From the NCBI GenBank assembly GCA_963706795.1, contig OY970170.1, forward strand, positions 210,001 through 242,000: a DNA stretch of 32,000 nucleotides, written 5' to 3'. Of the stretch, positions 31,010-32,000 are shown piece by piece (within the stretch, counting starts at the first letter, position 1; every line of letters starts with the position of its first letter). The DNA comes from Candidatus Saccharimonadota bacterium. GTDB lineage: Bacteria > Patescibacteriota > Gracilibacteria > BD1-5 > UBA2023. The position numbers and the translations under genes are program-made. The notes below the pieces were generated by a model. The model ran no database searches and was not told the origin of the DNA. It worked only from the letters and a program-made list of their open reading frames with translations.

Positions 31010-32000
31010 GCGGAGCAAGGATGAGACCAATAATCATAAAGAACAGGAGCGAAATGTATGTGGATTCGAAACTGTGCAAGAAGAGATTCATAACGCTCGC
31101 CGCTATAAATGAAGCAAAGAGGAAGATATTTTTTTGAGCGAGCCCCACCAAAATAAGCCCCATAATCGCAAGAAATATCGCAAATCCTATGATTCCCCCT
31201 TCAACCATCTGCTGAATATACCAGCTCTCTGGAATATAGTAATCTTCCATTTTTTTGTTGTCGCCTTCAAAGAGTGACTCATCTGTCTCAGGATGGTGCA
31301 CATATCGATATGCAGGACCTGAAGTTGCAAGACCCGATCCGAGCGGCTTTACCTTCGCACGCTCGAGACCAATAATCGCACGATCAAAGTGCCCCTTAGT
31401 AGAGTCTTCTCGGAGAATTATACGATCAATCGTACTCTCAAACTTGAGAGCGAAGAGTCCAAGGAACACAAAAAGCAGAGGAACTGCTATCAGGACTTTC
31501 TTTGCGTGTTTCTTGAGAATAACACGGATCGAGAGCGCTATGAGTGCAAATATTCCTATGAAGAGCCCGATAAGTGCGCTTCGTGAATATGTAAAAAATA
31601 TCACTCCTATGAGGAGGAGACCCCAAAGTGAGAGAATGTAGTGATATTTTTTATTCTCTCGGAAATAGTATGCAAGTACTCCAAGATAGACGATGATGAA
31701 GTACGCCGCAGGATTCGGACCATCAAAAATCCCCTGGAAACGTCGCACATTGGCACCATCGATCCCATGATAGATAGGAATACTTCCTCCAAACATCCAG
31801 TTTGAGAGATTCCCCGAAAATCCAAAATGCAGAAGAATTGCTTCCCCAAATACAAATCGTACCAAGATACCTATAGCGAGTGCCGCAGAACCCGAAATCA
31901 AAAAGAGTTTCAGATAATACGAAATCGGCTTATCCAAGAGAGGAAACCCCTTACGAATGAGGAAAAATGCGAGCAGGAATTCAAAGTCATATCGCCCTCC
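30978..32000 (-). CDS. O-antigen ligase / Wzy-like polytopic membrane protein (partial; the frame is open to the window end)
   Basis: The tracked ORF 30978-31937 stays open upstream to position 32000. It has multiple TM helices and FFTYSRSALIGLFIGIFALI (the Wzy_C-type SRSA motif), followed by a periplasmic loop. The stop is TAA 30978-30980. Confidence 0.7.
   Translation of the reverse strand, partial: GGRYDFEFLLAFFLIRKGFPLLDKPISYYLKLFLISGSAALAIGILVRFVFGEAILLHFGFSGNLSNWMFGGSIPIYHGIDGANVRRFQGIFDGPNPAAYFIIVYLGVLAYYFRENKKYHYILSLWGLLLIGVIFFTYSRSALIGLFIGIFALIALSIRVILKKHAKKVLIAVPLLFVFLGLFALKFESTIDRIILREDSTKGHFDRAIIGLERAKVKPLGSGLATSGPAYRYVHHPETDESLFEGDNKKMEDYYIPESWYIQQMVEGGIIGFAIFLAIMGLILVGLAQKNIFLFASFIAASVMNLFLHSFESTYISLLFFMIIGLILAPHVTRKNGSPR

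Noticed and set aside
30376-31030. TTG 31030 and TTG 30376 as starts of two separate half-glycosyltransferase genes, as the standard-code track implies.
   Set aside because: The TGA at 30394-30392 cannot terminate translation if the rest of the window uses code 25, and the two pieces are in the same frame. ATG 31009 is a better start than TTG 31030. Independent internal initiation at 30376 remains possible but is unsupported.

Overview
This is a gene-dense bacterial window that only makes sense if TGA is read as glycine (genetic code 25, the Gracilibacteria / Absconditabacteria-SR1 type within Patescibacteria/CPR). With the standard code, almost every conserved gene breaks at in-frame TGAs. 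The pieces always stay in one frame, and the TGAs fall on invariant Gly positions: RecQ SQW-G-HDFRP, Walker A GNN-G-TGKST and ABC signature LSG-G-E. Every CDS I call ends in TAA or TAG. I re-stitched the ORF track by hand on that basis.

Layout:
- 1-2592: partial CcdA-like gene and recQ.
- ~2.6-13.1 kb: accessory/defence island between recQ and tRNA-Gln(CUG). It holds a disrupted small Cys-rich gene with a low-GC insert, a type II R-M pair (SPPY beta-class methyltransferase plus MvaI/BcnI-family endonuclease), and a Septu-like PtuA ATPase / PtuB HNH pair whose ATPase is split by a +1 frame change at T TTT TGA C. It also holds three consecutive proteins of 308, 367 and 636 aa with no domain I can recognise, and a PhnB/VOC-family gene.
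- 13.2-23.5 kb: core genes. These are an S41 C-terminal processing peptidase, a secreted protein, a papain/C39-like peptidase, tgt, rseP, hpf, two divergent membrane bPH-like proteins, rpsO and a stand-alone cNMP-binding protein.
- 23.5-32 kb: envelope-glycan cluster. It contains ftsE-like ATPase, a Wzx/MOP flippase, a 1070-aa polytopic membrane protein, a WecG/TagA transferase, a GT-B glycosyltransferase with its two halves in reversed (C-then-N) order joined by an in-frame TGA, and a Wzy/O-antigen-ligase-like protein.

I saw no CRISPR array, transposase, integrase or rRNA. All product calls come from motif recognition by eye, and no database search was possible.
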